From a virus: a stretch of 64,000 nucleotides of DNA. The notes beneath the pieces are model-generated. The model saw nothing but the letters and a program-made list of their open reading frames with translations, ran no database searches and had not been told where the DNA came from. Each line of letters begins with the position of its first letter. The stretch's first letter is position 1. This document shows, one piece after another, positions 63,350 to 64,000 of this stretch. Made by a program: the position numbers and the translations under genes. The DNA lies in IMG/VR virus record IMGVR_UViG_3300045988_136773; one strand, 5' to 3'.

Positions 63350-63817
63350 ATGGATGATTCTCTTCTTGGAAAGAAGGCAGAAGCCAAAATCAAAGAATGG
63401 TTGGATAGACCACAAGATGGGTACTGTTTTGACCGCATACCAGATCAGATGACAGGATTCTATGGCTCTAAGAATATCTGTGATTTCACGCTATACATAT
63501 ATCCAAATAAGTATTATATTGAATCCAAAGCAACATGGAAAGATCGATTTGACTTTTCTATGCTTACAGAAAAACAGCATACTGGGCTTACAGAAAAGTC
63601 TAAGATCTATGGCGTATACGGAGTAGTCATTGTATTATTTGCAACCTACAAGAGAGCAATCGTTATAGATATTAGGGAGATCAATCGACTGATACAGTCT
63701 GGCAGAAAGTCTATCAATATCAAAACTATGGATAAGATAGGCTTACAGTATCATGAGATTGAAACAATCCCTAGCAGAAAGGAATTGCTTGATTACACAG
63801 GAGGGTTTCAACTATGA
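63350..63817 (+). CDS. RecU-like Holliday-junction resolvase (PD-(D/E)XK)
   Basis: GKKAEAKIKEWL...FDRIPD...SKNICDFTLYIYPNKYYIESKAT...LTEKQHTGL...GRKSI follows the RecU layout (D...E.K core, Q..h helix). The start is 63335 or 63350, both after the terminator. Confidence 0.55.
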   Translation: MDDSLLGKKAEAKIKEWLDRPQDGYCFDRIPDQMTGFYGSKNICDFTLYIYPNKYYIESKATWKDRFDFSMLTEKQHTGLTEKSKIYGVYGVVIVLFATYKRAIVIDIREINRLIQSGRKSINIKTMDKIGLQYHEIETIPSRKELLDYTGGFQL

Positions 63818-64000
63818 CTACAAATCATGAAAACAATGTTTATTCCGCAGGTATTACAGATACCATCTATGGTGGAGCATTTGCTGATATTGCTTCGAAG
63901 CTTAATGATCGCCACTACAGTATCACTGTCTGCAAAGGTGCACACAGTGAACCGATTGTGTCTGTTACAAACACTTTTGTTCCGGAAATTATGCCGATCA
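63814..64000 (+). CDS. hypothetical protein, truncated at its 3' end by the window edge
   Basis: ATGA overlap with the RecU-like stop. The frame is open to nt 64000 (MTTNHENNVYSAGITDTIYGG...). Confidence 0.45.
   Translation, partial: MTTNHENNVYSAGITDTIYGGAFADIASKLNDRHYSITVCKGAHSEPIVSVTNTFVPEIMPI

Noticed and set aside
1-64000. A search for tRNA or rRNA genes, CRISPR arrays, integrase or attachment sites, and transposases
   Set aside because: The intergenic gaps are all about 120 nt or shorter, apart from the intron, and are accounted for by terminators or promoters. I saw no direct-repeat and spacer periodicity and no recombinase motifs. Absence is judged by eye only.

Overview
The window is one continuous stretch of an AT-rich, contractile-tailed dsDNA phage or prophage genome. 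Every gene I can support, about 70, lies on the + strand. Genes are tightly packed, with ATGA/TAATG start-stop overlaps, GGAGG-type ribosome-binding sites and many GTG/TTG starts. Together with the CHAP, amidase_2 and SH3b-type lysins, this suggests a Firmicutes host (inference).

Gene order:
- 1-11.9 kb: replication and recombination. This holds a family A DNA polymerase split by an ORF-less group I intron and also carrying a LAGLIDADG intein, a beta-clamp-like protein, a Cas4-like nuclease, a DnaX/HolA/HolB-like clamp loader, RecA and a PD-(D/E)XK nuclease.
- 11.9-14.9 kb: a terminator, then eight small unknown ORFs, including a Mor-like activator candidate and a possible small terminase.
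- 14.9-19.9 kb: large terminase, a LigA-like protein that has lost its catalytic motif, and the portal.
- 19.9-22.8 kb: small ORFs, including a DUF4406-like one.
- 22.8-44.9 kb: sheath, tube, a chaperone with a T6 recoding site, the tape measure and a T4/PBSX-like baseplate. The baseplate block is interrupted by a self-contained YafQ/RelE-type toxin cassette (own promoter and terminator) and by three consecutive peptidoglycan hydrolase genes.
- 44.9-52.1 kb: a YadA-head-like repeat fibre and tandem receptor-binding paralogues.
- 52.4-56.8 kb: a gp21-like protease-scaffold fusion, the major capsid protein and other genes with strong codon bias.
- 56.9-59.9 kb: unknown ORFs and an endolysin.
- 60-64 kb: an SNF2 helicase and a RecU-like resolvase.

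No tRNA, rRNA, CRISPR array, integrase or reverse transcriptase was seen.

Items most worth follow-up:
1. The doubly invaded polA gene.
2. The catalytically degenerate NAD-ligase homologue between terminase and portal.
3. A strand-specific 10-mer, ACCTTATATA, present seven times from 11.9 kb onward and never in the first 11.9 kb (candidate phage-specific promoter).
4. The YafQ-like toxin cassette inside the tail module.
5. The +1/-2 recoding site upstream of the tape measure gene.

All homology statements are motif-level recognition by eye, not database searches.
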